From Candidatus Nanohaloarchaea archaeon (lineage in GTDB: Archaea; Nanohalarchaeota; Nanosalinia; Nanosalinales; Nanosalinaceae), in contig JBDGSE010000029.1 in assembly GCA_042217695.1 (NCBI GenBank), forward strand, positions 1 through 29,111: a stretch of DNA of 29,111 nt, read 5' to 3'. Positions 8,089 through 16,907 of this stretch are shown here, in pieces (position 1 is the stretch's first letter; every line of letters begins with the position of its first letter). The position numbers were made by a program, and so were the translations under genes. The notes under the pieces were generated by a model, which was not told where the DNA came from, ran no database searches, and saw only the letters and a list, made by a program, of their open reading frames with translations.

Positions 8089-8505
8089 ATGAGACCACTG
8101 GAAAAATACGGCTACCTTGCTATCGCGGCCATAACTTTCGTCCTCGTTGGAGCAGCTCAAACAAATGCAGGAGGTTTCTGCGGTTTTATAGGCGGTTGCG
8201 GTGCCGCAAGTCTGCTTCCCTGGTTGATAGGGTTCCCCGGCCTTTTCATAGGGCTTTTCATGCTGTATAATGCCTATTCGGCCGTACAGAAACTCGGCGG
8301 ACAGCTGGGGCGGGCGGTAAAGTTCATGGCCTATGGACTGGTAAGCCTGATGGGTATGATGGGTCTTACAGCCCTTGAGATGCGTCTGGGTATACGGGTC
8401 TTCGGTGTCTGGACAGACACGGTAGCCACCTTCTTCGTTGCTCTGACGCTTCTGCTGTTCTACCTCGGGTTCCGTCAGATAGTTGAATCGATGGAGCCCG
8501 AGTAG
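8089..8505 (+). CDS. Membrane protein, about 4 TM (138 aa)
   Basis: ATG at 8089, four hydrophobic segments, a CGFIGGC loop and an LGGQLGRAVKF linker. Confidence 0.7.
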   Translation: MRPLEKYGYLAIAAITFVLVGAAQTNAGGFCGFIGGCGAASLLPWLIGFPGLFIGLFMLYNAYSAVQKLGGQLGRAVKFMAYGLVSLMGMMGLTALEMRLGIRVFGVWTDTVATFFVALTLLLFYLGFRQIVESMEPE

Positions 8506-8646
8506 CCGTCAATTTTTACGGCGGCGTATGGATTTCAGGACTTTTTCGTACCTTTCGTAGACAGAACTCTGGTTGTTTTCGGACTTCATCCCCCTTCCCC
8601 CGCCCTCTAATTCTTATTCCAGTATTAAGTAAGTATCTATTCGTTT

Positions 8647-8918
8647 CTCCGTTACCCTGGGCAGCCTGCAGACCGCAATACCGCCAGAAAACTCTCTAAA
8701 TCCGGGCTGGGTGGCGCAGCCATCCTGGCGTGTTGCTGGATTAGAGTTTTCCATCCGTGTCTTTCTCTGTAATGGGCTGTGAAGGGTCGCCGGATGCTTT
8801 CGGAGAATCTGGCGGCAGCGGCGGCCGTCGGAACTCCGACTGCAGGACCCTGGCTGGACGAGACAGCGTCTGACCTGTATGGGATAGGCAAGCGTCAACG
8901 GCCCGGAGCGTCTACGGC
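8647..8918 (-). ncRNA. SRP (7S) RNA-like structured RNA with intact Alu domain and degenerate S domain
   Basis: Minus strand folds as h1 CCGT/ACGG, h2 GACG/CGTC, h3 CGGGC/GCTTG and h4 ACAG/CTGT with complementary loops, then a long h5, h6 CATCCG/CGGATG and h8 containing GCAACACGCCAGG. A TTAAA box lies about 22 nt upstream. Ends are approximate. Confidence 0.7.
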
Positions 8919-9000
8919 GAAAGAGAGGGCCAGTACCGTGTTTAAGTGGACTGAGAACCTATCGGGGTCGCGGAGAATAATAGAGTAAAGGTGGGAAGCT

Positions 9001-9192
9001 TCAGGCTCTTTTGCCTTCAGACTTCCATCTGTTGATGATGTTCTTGCCCTTGCTGGAACTGGAATCAGGGCCGTCCTGATCCACGTGTTCTTCGGCGCGG
9101 TGGATGCCTTCCTGGGTGATGGCGTCCTGTTCCTCGTTGCCTTCGAACACTTCTCCACAGTAGGGGCATTTGGCAGTCTCGTTTCCAGTCAT
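9001..9192 (-). CDS. Small C2H2-type zinc-finger protein (63 aa)
   Basis: CPYCG...HRAEEH. Confidence 0.75.
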   Translation of the reverse strand: MTGNETAKCPYCGEVFEGNEEQDAITQEGIHRAEEHVDQDGPDSSSSKGKNIINRWKSEGKRA

Positions 9193-9309
9193 GTTACAAC
9201 TCCTCTGAAGTAAATGTTAAATGGGTTTTGGTCATGAAAGGTTGACAGATTTACACTTTTCCCCAACGTTTAAGTAGTTGTTCGTTTTCCCCGAACTATG
9301 CCGTGGTCT

Positions 9310-12102
9310 TCAGATCCTCTCGACTATCCTCTTCTCGAGTTCCTCCCTGTCTAGAGGCTCCAGTGCGACGGCCTTGCCTCTGTAGGTGTAGAAAAGTATG
9401 CCTCTGATATCCTTCCGGGGATGGATGTCCTCCATCGCGTAACGGTAGATACTGAGCTGGAGTCGGTATTCCTCGTCTCTTCGCGTTCTGTCCGTCTTGA
9501 AGTCGACTATATCGATCTGGTCCTCGCGGTCGACCACCAGGTCTGGTCTTCCCTCTATCACAACGTCCTCGTCCTTTACAGGGTAGAGGAGAGTCTGTTC
9601 GGGCTGCATCTCCCCTCCGAGGTTCTCCATGAACTTTTTCAGGTTCTCCTCGTCCTCTATCACGGGTTCGACCTCCTCTCCGCGGGCCAGTGCTTCCGCG
9701 AACTCGTGGACGGAGCGACCTCTCTCGACCTCGCCCTGGAAGTCGCCCTCCATTATGCTGTGGACGGATTTCTTGACGGGGTAGCGATTTCCCGGAGGCT
9801 CCACGCTGAATTCCGAGCCGGAATCGGCCTCGCTCTCCACGTTTTCAGGCTCCATTTCCAGTCTTTCAGGGGTGATGTCCAGGTGTTCAAAGAAGCTGGA
9901 CTCTCTGCCCTCCTCTCCGGTGACTATCAGGTGGTCCTCTGCCCTGGTGATGGCCACATAGAGTAGCCGGCGTTCCTCATCGTATTCGCCGGAGAGGCAC
10001 CGAAAAAGTATCTCGGAACGCCAGTTGTCGTAGCTGTAGGCGTATGAGGAGTCGTCGTAGATCTTTCTCGTTCTCAAACCGACCGGGTCCTCGTACTCGA
10101 TGCTGGAGCTCCCGGAGTTTGTCGAGGGGAACCTGTTCTCGTTGACATCCGCCAGGAACACGATAGGGTATTCCAGGCCTTTCGCGGCGTGGATGGTCTG
10201 TATCTTCACCACGTCCTCTTCCTGACTGTTATCGACCTCGTATATCTCCCCGGAGTCGATGTTGTCCTCGATGAACTGGATGAGACCACCGAGGTTCATG
10301 TATGAGCCCTGGAACGTGTCTTCAAGGACCTCTATTATCTTGTCGGTGAAACCGTCGTTCAGACCGTACCGGGTGAAAACGTCCCGGGCCACTGCACCTA
10401 TCTTTTCCCTTTCCTCCAGCCGGACAAGGAAATCCCGCATGTTCTCAGGGTACTTCCCGTTTCCAAGTATATGTTCGGCCTCGTCAAGGCTGTAGCCGGC
10501 CTCCTCCAGCACCACGGCCCAGCCCCTGTCAGCATCCGAGTTGAGTATCCTCAGCCAGGCCAGCAGCAGTATCGCGGGGCGAGTCTTGAACAGCTCTACC
10601 CCGCCCTCGTACGCCACAGGTATGCCGTAGTCGGCGGCCTTCTCCTGGAGTTCTATCCCGAACTTTCGTGTCCGAGTGAGCACCGCGATGTCGCCGTAGC
10701 CGGGATCTTCTTCTCCGATAGAGTATTCCTGGTTGGCCACGACGTCCTGTATCTTTCCGAGGACGTTTTCCACCTCGTCCTGGCAGCTGTACTTTTCGAT
10801 CCTTGAATCCTTGTCCCGGGTTGATTCAAGCGAGGTTATCCTCTCCTCTATGTCAGAGTTGGGGTGGTCTCTATCAGTTGCGGGGAGCGTGAGACTGCTC
10901 TCGGCCAGGTCAAGTATCTCCTGTGTGGAGCGGTAGTTCTTGACCAGGTTTATCTTCTCTATGTCCCTGTCGCGAACGTCGAAACCGACTCTTCTCCTGT
11001 CGAGCTCGTCCGCGTATTTTTCCAGCCTCTTCCGGAAGAACTGTATGTTTTCCACGGAGGCGTACTGGAAGCTGTAGATTGATTGTTTCCAGTCCCCGAC
11101 CACACAGAGGTTGGGTTCTCCCGCGAGCAGTAGAGCGAGTTTGAACTGTATCTCGTTGGTGTCCTGGAACTCGTCTATCATCACGTACTCGAACTCGAGT
11201 TTCTCTCTGAGGGAGTCGTCGTCGAAGAGGAGAACGTAGGCGAAGACCAGTAGGAGGTTGAAGTTCAGGTAGTTCCTGGAGAGCGAGTACTTCATGTACG
11301 AGTAGTAGAGGTCATGCACGAACTGCTTCAGTTCCTCCCTGTCCTCTTTAAACGCCTTGTGTGCGAAGTCCTTCCTGACCTGTTTGGTCCCCCTGTCTCC
11401 GCGTACCTCTTCAAGATCTGGCGCGTCGTCCGTGAAGTCCTTCCATTTCATCGAGTATAACCGGTCGCGTAATTCGGACTGTTTCCTGCCGTTGTCAGTC
11501 TCCCGGGGTCTGTTCGCCTCCCTGAAGAGACGTTTGAACTCCTCGTAGTCACCGTCCAGGTATTTTTCCGTGTCCTGGAACCAGCCTTCTTCCTCCGGTA
11601 TCACCCCCTTGGAGGCCAGGTTTTTCACCAGGTGGAGCAGTTCATCGTAATCCTGGAGTATCCTGTAGAAATCACTGTACTCCGGGTGCTCCTCCACGAA
11701 CCGGTCGATGAACATCTGGAACTCCTGTTTTTCCCGTATCTCGGACTCCATCACGTTGAGATTCTCCGGTATCGCGTCATCGATACCCAGTATCTTCGGC
11801 GCCTCGAACCCGTGTTCCCTCAACATCTTCCTGCTGAACGCGTGGAACGTGGATATAGGGGCTTCATAGAGCTTGGATGCCTTAACGTCGGTCAGCTGTA
11901 TTATCCTCTCCTTCATCTGTTCTGCCGCGTTGTTGGTGAAGGTCGCCAGCAGTATGTCGTCCGGGTCCACGCCCGACTCCAGTATCTCGGCGTACCGTCT
12001 CGATATTGTGAAGGTTTTCCCGGTCCCGGCACCGGCGTCCACCACGTAGATACCGTCCGTGCTCTCTATCAGTTCAGACTGTTTCTCGTTTGGCGCGATC
12101 AT
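9310..12102 (-). CDS. UvrD/AddA-like SF1 helicase with C-terminal PD-(D/E)xK nuclease
   Basis: Helicase motifs AGAGTGKT, TFTNNAA, IDEFQD, VGDWKQSIY, NYRS, TIHAAKGLEY and EERRLLYVAITRA. C-terminal GRPDL...DFKT...QLSIY. Confidence 0.93.
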   Translation of the reverse strand: MIAPNEKQSELIESTDGIYVVDAGAGTGKTFTISRRYAEILESGVDPDDILLATFTNNAAEQMKERIIQLTDVKASKLYEAPISTFHAFSRKMLREHGFEAPKILGIDDAIPENLNVMESEIREKQEFQMFIDRFVEEHPEYSDFYRILQDYDELLHLVKNLASKGVIPEEEGWFQDTEKYLDGDYEEFKRLFREANRPRETDNGRKQSELRDRLYSMKWKDFTDDAPDLEEVRGDRGTKQVRKDFAHKAFKEDREELKQFVHDLYYSYMKYSLSRNYLNFNLLLVFAYVLLFDDDSLREKLEFEYVMIDEFQDTNEIQFKLALLLAGEPNLCVVGDWKQSIYSFQYASVENIQFFRKRLEKYADELDRRRVGFDVRDRDIEKINLVKNYRSTQEILDLAESSLTLPATDRDHPNSDIEERITSLESTRDKDSRIEKYSCQDEVENVLGKIQDVVANQEYSIGEEDPGYGDIAVLTRTRKFGIELQEKAADYGIPVAYEGGVELFKTRPAILLLAWLRILNSDADRGWAVVLEEAGYSLDEAEHILGNGKYPENMRDFLVRLEEREKIGAVARDVFTRYGLNDGFTDKIIEVLEDTFQGSYMNLGGLIQFIEDNIDSGEIYEVDNSQEEDVVKIQTIHAAKGLEYPIVFLADVNENRFPSTNSGSSSIEYEDPVGLRTRKIYDDSSYAYSYDNWRSEILFRCLSGEYDEERRLLYVAITRAEDHLIVTGEEGRESSFFEHLDITPERLEMEPENVESEADSGSEFSVEPPGNRYPVKKSVHSIMEGDFQGEVERGRSVHEFAEALARGEEVEPVIEDEENLKKFMENLGGEMQPEQTLLYPVKDEDVVIEGRPDLVVDREDQIDIVDFKTDRTRRDEEYRLQLSIYRYAMEDIHPRKDIRGILFYTYRGKAVALEPLDREELEKRIVERI

Positions 12103-14640
12103 CTACTCCACCATCATGTCTGTGTAACGGGTGTCATCCGGGTCCGCATCTCCCACGGGGAATCCCTCCTTCCTGCACCTGTTCAGTTCATCGATTTTGT
12201 CCTGGAGGAACTCCTCGAACCGGTCAAGGTCCTCCGAAAAGTAGTTCTCCCGGCGGAACTTCACCAGCTTCTTCAGTGTCTTTCTGCATCCTTTCTCCAC
12301 GTACCTGTAGTCTCCCACGTGTTTTTTCGCAAACTTTTCGAACTCGGCGGCGAACTCTGACTCCAGCAGTGGCTCCTCGTCGAACTCGTGCGGCAGCCGG
12401 TTTTCGGAGAAGAACTCGCGGTAGCGGGGAAGACCGAGTTTCTCCAGCGTCTTTCTCCGTGGGTTCGATTTCGCCACTCCACGGATAAGCTTCTCGAAAG
12501 TATCTGTCTTCGAGATCCACTCCTGGAAGTTCTCCGGGTAGTATTCGACAGTCACGGTCCTGTCATCCATGTCCGCGCCGGTGGTCACGTCGTCTCCGAG
12601 GCTTCCAAGGAAGTAGTAGTAAGTGAATTTCAGTTTCTCGTCGGGCACTCTCCTCCGGTGCTGTGCAAGGTACATTATCGGCTGGAAGTCCGGGTCATCG
12701 AAGAGTTCGACGTTGGATGCCTCCACCACCTTTGACCGGGAACGCATGTATCCCGAACTCTTGTAGTCGACGAGGTGAGTGTCCGACGCCAGGAGATCTA
12801 TCTTTCCTTTCCCCCCGAGTTCCGGGTTCTGGAAGCCGGCCTCCGACACTCGGGAGTCTATCTCCTTCCCGAAGTGCTGGGCGAAATCGTTCTCGTCTCT
12901 CCAGGAGTCATAGCTGGAGGATCCCTCGATCTCCCGTGAATCTATGAACTCGACGATGTTCTCCATGCCGACACGGAGTTCTGTCCTGAGCTGCCCGGTT
13001 TTGAGTTCGTCGGCGAACTGTTCCAGCTCCTCGAGGCCGAGCTCCACGAACTTCTCCAGGCCTCTCTGTTCAACGTCCTCTGGGTAGTTGACGTAGTACT
13101 CTGCGAAGTCGTGGAAGACCCTGCCCTTCACAGTGGCCACCTCGTCCGGGTCCGATACAAGCCGGGAAAAGTAGTATGCCCTCGGTGATTTCACGAACTT
13201 GTTCAGTGAGGACTGGCTCAGCATCTCGATTTTTTCAGTCTCGACATCGTAGTCTTCACGTTCGAAGCCCTGGAAGTCAACGGTTTCAAGCCCTTCGAAC
13301 CTTTCGTACCTGTGGTCGGTGAAGGACTCTATCTCGGACAGCTCGTTGAAGTAGTAGCACGGCGTTATCTCCTCATTGAACTCACGGTCCTGCACAATGA
13401 AGTACTGACGGGAACCGTTCTGCAGCAGTATCCTGAAGTCCTTCAGGTTACTTCTTTCACGTTCCTCGCGGTCTATCCATGGCCTGTCGTCCACTTCCTG
13501 CGTCCATGAGGCATCCATCCCCAGGTAAAACACGGTCTCCCTGTCGATGAACACGGAGGATTTCGGTGACGCGAGAAGCACCCCGCCGGTATCCGAATCC
13601 TTCAGGGGGTCGAACGATTCGATGTAGTACTCCAGTCGGGAGACGTTCTCCTCGCTGACCTCTTCCTCCAGCAGTCCAAGTTCTTCGAGTATCTCCAGAG
13701 TGGTATCCATACTCTCCTCTGTGATCTTCTCCAGGCTCTCAACCACTTCCCTGAAGCTAAGGTAATCCACCACGTTCAGCAACTCCCGGAACTCCTCTAC
13801 AGGACCTCCAAGTTCCGAGATGTAGGCGTTGTCTTTCGTCCCCGGTACCTCGAGATCCAGGTAGTTCAGTACCGGCTGGACGTCCCGGAGTCTCAGCCTT
13901 TTCTGCGAGAACGAGAGCCGGAGCAGACCGATAAACGTCCGCAGTTCCTCGTCCTGTGCGAACCCCTGCTCCGAGTTGTATGGGATGTCCCGGGACTCCA
14001 GTGCGGACTCTATCAGCGGCTGGTAACGGCTGTCCTCTCCCAGGACTATAGCCGTGTTCTCAGGTTCCTCCAGGTTCCCCACCACGGCCTGGACTATCGC
14101 AGTGGCCGAGGAGAAAACGTTGAACTGCGGTAGTTCGGTTTTTTCACCGGTGAAGACATCTATCCTGTCGTAGTCCTCGGGAAGTATCTTCCTGTCGAGT
14201 TCGTTGAACCGGTAGGGCGCCACCACCGCCACGTCGCCCTCTACTTCATACTCCTCAATGGCGCTGTAAGGGTTTTCTTTACCTTTGATTATCTCTATTA
14301 TCTGCCGGGTCTCCTGGCCCGAGAACCTTTCGTACTGTTCGATCGCCTCCAGCTCCCCTGTCTCCATCCAGCAATCAAGTACGGAGTCGAGGAGGAATGA
14401 GGCCTGCTTCCAGGACATGTCGCTCTCCTGGACGATTTCCAGGAAGAGTTCTCGGCGGCTCCCGGCCCTTGACCGGGTGAAGGCAAGTCTTCGTGGAGTG
14501 GCGGCGAAAAGCCCCTGCCGGGGTTCCTTCAGGCGTGCGTTAAGTGCATCTGCCAGCGGGGCGTCCGTCGTGAGGACCAGGTCATGGTCCTTCACCTCTT
14601 CAAAGATCTCGTCTACAGTCTTCGCCCTTTCGAGTTCCAC
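12103..14640 (-). CDS. AddB-like protein: inactive helicase-like N-terminus plus C-terminal PD-(D/E)xK nuclease
   Basis: LSQSSLN...P..YY...GRVFH...GKIDL...VDYKS...QPIMY. Directly abuts the AddA-like gene. GTG start with TTATAA about 22 nt upstream. Confidence 0.85.
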   Translation of the reverse strand: MELERAKTVDEIFEEVKDHDLVLTTDAPLADALNARLKEPRQGLFAATPRRLAFTRSRAGSRRELFLEIVQESDMSWKQASFLLDSVLDCWMETGELEAIEQYERFSGQETRQIIEIIKGKENPYSAIEEYEVEGDVAVVAPYRFNELDRKILPEDYDRIDVFTGEKTELPQFNVFSSATAIVQAVVGNLEEPENTAIVLGEDSRYQPLIESALESRDIPYNSEQGFAQDEELRTFIGLLRLSFSQKRLRLRDVQPVLNYLDLEVPGTKDNAYISELGGPVEEFRELLNVVDYLSFREVVESLEKITEESMDTTLEILEELGLLEEEVSEENVSRLEYYIESFDPLKDSDTGGVLLASPKSSVFIDRETVFYLGMDASWTQEVDDRPWIDREERERSNLKDFRILLQNGSRQYFIVQDREFNEEITPCYYFNELSEIESFTDHRYERFEGLETVDFQGFEREDYDVETEKIEMLSQSSLNKFVKSPRAYYFSRLVSDPDEVATVKGRVFHDFAEYYVNYPEDVEQRGLEKFVELGLEELEQFADELKTGQLRTELRVGMENIVEFIDSREIEGSSSYDSWRDENDFAQHFGKEIDSRVSEAGFQNPELGGKGKIDLLASDTHLVDYKSSGYMRSRSKVVEASNVELFDDPDFQPIMYLAQHRRRVPDEKLKFTYYYFLGSLGDDVTTGADMDDRTVTVEYYPENFQEWISKTDTFEKLIRGVAKSNPRRKTLEKLGLPRYREFFSENRLPHEFDEEPLLESEFAAEFEKFAKKHVGDYRYVEKGCRKTLKKLVKFRRENYFSEDLDRFEEFLQDKIDELNRCRKEGFPVGDADPDDTRYTDMMVE

Positions 14641-14844
14641 GTACTAGTCGCGGTGTCAAAAATTATAACTCCTCCCGGGAGATTTCCGCTACCGGTACCA
14701 GGAATACCTGATTTAAAGCTAGCCGGTTCATACGTTCAGGGACTTCTGCCAGGATGTTCAGGAAATGCGCGAGAAAGGGATGCGACAACAGGACCCTCTT
14801 TGGTCTTTGCAACGAGTGCAGCGCCCAGAGGCATCGATACGGCA

Positions 14845-14949
14845 TCAGGGATCGGAACAGTCACGGATGAAGCCACAGTTCGGACATTTCAGCTCGCAGG
14901 CCACGAACTCCGTCATGGTGCCGCCGCAGTTCCAGCAGTCGTACCCCAC
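14845..14949 (-). CDS. Zinc-finger microprotein (34 aa), HVO_2523-like, not in ORF track
   Basis: GTG start; MGYDCWNCGGTMTEFVACELKCPNCGFIRDCSDP has two CxxC motifs and a DCSDP terminus. Lies 19 nt after uppS. Confidence 0.75.
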   Translation of the reverse strand: MGYDCWNCGGTMTEFVACELKCPNCGFIRDCSDP

Positions 14950-14968
14950 ACCAGTTTATGGGTGACCT

Positions 14969-15634
14969 TCACTTTCCTTTCTTTCGTCTGAGGTCCCGGA
15001 AGTGCTCCAGCGCGTCCTTCACGTCGTCGACAGTGACCGCGGGGAAATGTTTCCTGATGTGGTAGTACTCGGCGTAGGAAGCGTTCCACAGCGGGAACCC
15101 GGATAGACATTCTCTGGTCGGGTTGTCTCCCGTCCTTATCACGTAGTCGATATCTGTCTCGACTTCAAGGTGTTCCCTGAGTTGGTCCCGGGAGAAATCT
15201 CCGCCGTTGTTTGCCACCTGCTCCGATGCCTGCAGAATATCTCTTTTGCCGTCGTACGAGATGAGAAGGTTGACCCGTTTCTCTCCCTCGTCGAATTTCT
15301 CCTCAAGTCTCTCCAGTTTTTCACGTATCCTGTCGGGCAGCGCCCCGGGATTGGTGGAGGCCCAGTTAAGCATGAAACCCTCCCGGTTATAGTTCTCGGC
15401 TACCTCCTCGATGTAGTTGTCCATGAGCGAGAAAAGGTTCTCCAGTTCCTCTTCCTCCCGTTTAAGGTTCTCCTCCGAGAGCAGGTAGAATGTGGCTTCC
15501 TCGATATGCTGGTTCTTCAGTTTTCGGCCTATCTCCTTGATAACTTCCTTGGCTTCCCTGTAGGCCTCTTCGTTCTCTATTCCTTTTTCCTCTGCATATC
15601 TCCGGTTGCCATCAGGTATCACTCCGAGATGCAT
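14969..15634 (-). CDS. uppS: cis-prenyltransferase (undecaprenyl/dolichyl diphosphate synthase)
   Basis: HLGVIPDGNRRYA, SEENLKR, YDGKRDI, DYVIRTG, LSGFPLWNASYAEY. Confidence 0.92.
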   Translation of the reverse strand: MHLGVIPDGNRRYAEEKGIENEEAYREAKEVIKEIGRKLKNQHIEEATFYLLSEENLKREEEELENLFSLMDNYIEEVAENYNREGFMLNWASTNPGALPDRIREKLERLEEKFDEGEKRVNLLISYDGKRDILQASEQVANNGGDFSRDQLREHLEVETDIDYVIRTGDNPTRECLSGFPLWNASYAEYYHIRKHFPAVTVDDVKDALEHFRDLRRKKGK

Positions 15635-15695
15635 GTCTTTTACCTTTTGTAACAGTGTTCTGTAGTGAAGATTTTTTAAGTTCCACCGCTCGCGG

Positions 15696-16907
15696 TCACT
15701 CGTACCGGAGGGCGTCCACAGGTTTCATCTTGGCGGCCCTTCTAGCCGGCAGCACTCCGGAAACCACTCCGACCAGGAACGCGAATCCCAGAGAGCCCAG
15801 TATCAAACCGGGTGAGATAGCCATCTGGACATTTATGTTGGTCACCTGCTGGGCTGCCACCAGGCCGGCCTTCCCGAGCCCGAGACCCAGTATAACCCCG
15901 ATTATCCCCCCTAATAGGCCGATTATACCGGATTCGAACAGGAAAAGCAGGAGTATCTGGCGGTTCGTCGCCCCGACAGCCTTCATTATCCCTATCTCCC
16001 GGGTCCTGTCCGTGACCGAGGTGTACATGGTGTTCATTATGCCCACGCCTCCAACAAGAAGCGAGATGGAGGCTATCCCCACGACTATAGCCTGGACAAA
16101 CCTGAGGATGGACCTGAAGGATTCGAGGAGATCCTGCGGCGTGGATACGGTGAAGCCCTCCTCGCCCTTCTCCACGTTTCTCTCCTGCCTGAGCTGTCTC
16201 TTAACGTTTTTCTGGACCTCTTCAGGCCGGAATCCTTCCTGAACTTTTACAACTATCTGGTCCACGGTATTGGAGGAGCCGAACAGCTTCCTGGCCTCCT
16301 CCATCGTCATTATTATGCCGCGGTCTACCCCGGGGTCTCCCACGGGCTTGGCAACCCCCACGACCCTGTACTCATTGTCCTGTATGGTTATCTTGGAGTG
16401 CACACCTATGTCCTCGCTGAAGACCTCACTGGCCACTGTAGAACCTATAACTACATTGGAGCGGTCGTTGGCCCTTATCTGCCGTCCTTCAGCTATCTCT
16501 ATGGAGAACCCGTCGAGAACAAGGTCCTTGTGGTTGGCTGGTACGCCGAGTATGGTCAGGAAGACGGATTCTTCGTTGTAACCTACGCGACCCGACCGGT
16601 ATATCAGGCCTGCGGCCTCGGCCACGCCACGAGTCCTCCTAACTGCCCGGAGATCGTCCTCAGTCAGTGGTTCAACGGACCGGGCGAAGGACGTGCTGCC
16701 TGCTGACATCCCTCCGGCCTGGATGAAAAGCTTGTTGGCTCCGATCGACCGGAACTCCTGGGTGATGGACTGGTTGAGCCCCTGGCCAAGGGATATCAGG
16801 GCGACCACCGCCGCTATACCGATAAATATCCCTATGATTGTGAGCCAGGAACGTCGTTTCCTGTGAAGGATGTTCCTGGCCGCCAGCTCCAGGAAGTCCA
16901 GCAACAT
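15696..16907 (-). CDS. ABC transporter permease, MacB/FtsX family
   Basis: RSWLTIIGIFIGIAAVV and GIMNTMYTSVTDRTREIGIMKAVGA. ATG at 16907 overlaps the upstream stop (TAATG). Confidence 0.93.
   Translation of the reverse strand: MLLDFLELAARNILHRKRRSWLTIIGIFIGIAAVVALISLGQGLNQSITQEFRSIGANKLFIQAGGMSAGSTSFARSVEPLTEDDLRAVRRTRGVAEAAGLIYRSGRVGYNEESVFLTILGVPANHKDLVLDGFSIEIAEGRQIRANDRSNVVIGSTVASEVFSEDIGVHSKITIQDNEYRVVGVAKPVGDPGVDRGIIMTMEEARKLFGSSNTVDQIVVKVQEGFRPEEVQKNVKRQLRQERNVEKGEEGFTVSTPQDLLESFRSILRFVQAIVVGIASISLLVGGVGIMNTMYTSVTDRTREIGIMKAVGATNRQILLLFLFESGIIGLLGGIIGVILGLGLGKAGLVAAQQVTNINVQMAISPGLILGSLGFAFLVGVVSGVLPARRAAKMKPVDALRYE

Noticed and set aside
8647..8918. RNase P RNA as the identity of the structured RNA
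   Set aside because: No GAGGAAAGUCC-like CR-I or matching CR-V was found on either strand; the helix order fits SRP better.
8614..9158. Short ORFs 8614-8898, 8652-8891, 8779-8988 and 8895-9158
   Set aside because: They are non-acidic and motif-less, and overlap the structured RNA or the zinc-finger gene.
14663..14845. 60-aa ORF overlapping the zinc-finger stop (TGATG)
   Set aside because: Composition is atypical, it has no motif, and it runs into the addB-like promoter. Not fully excluded.
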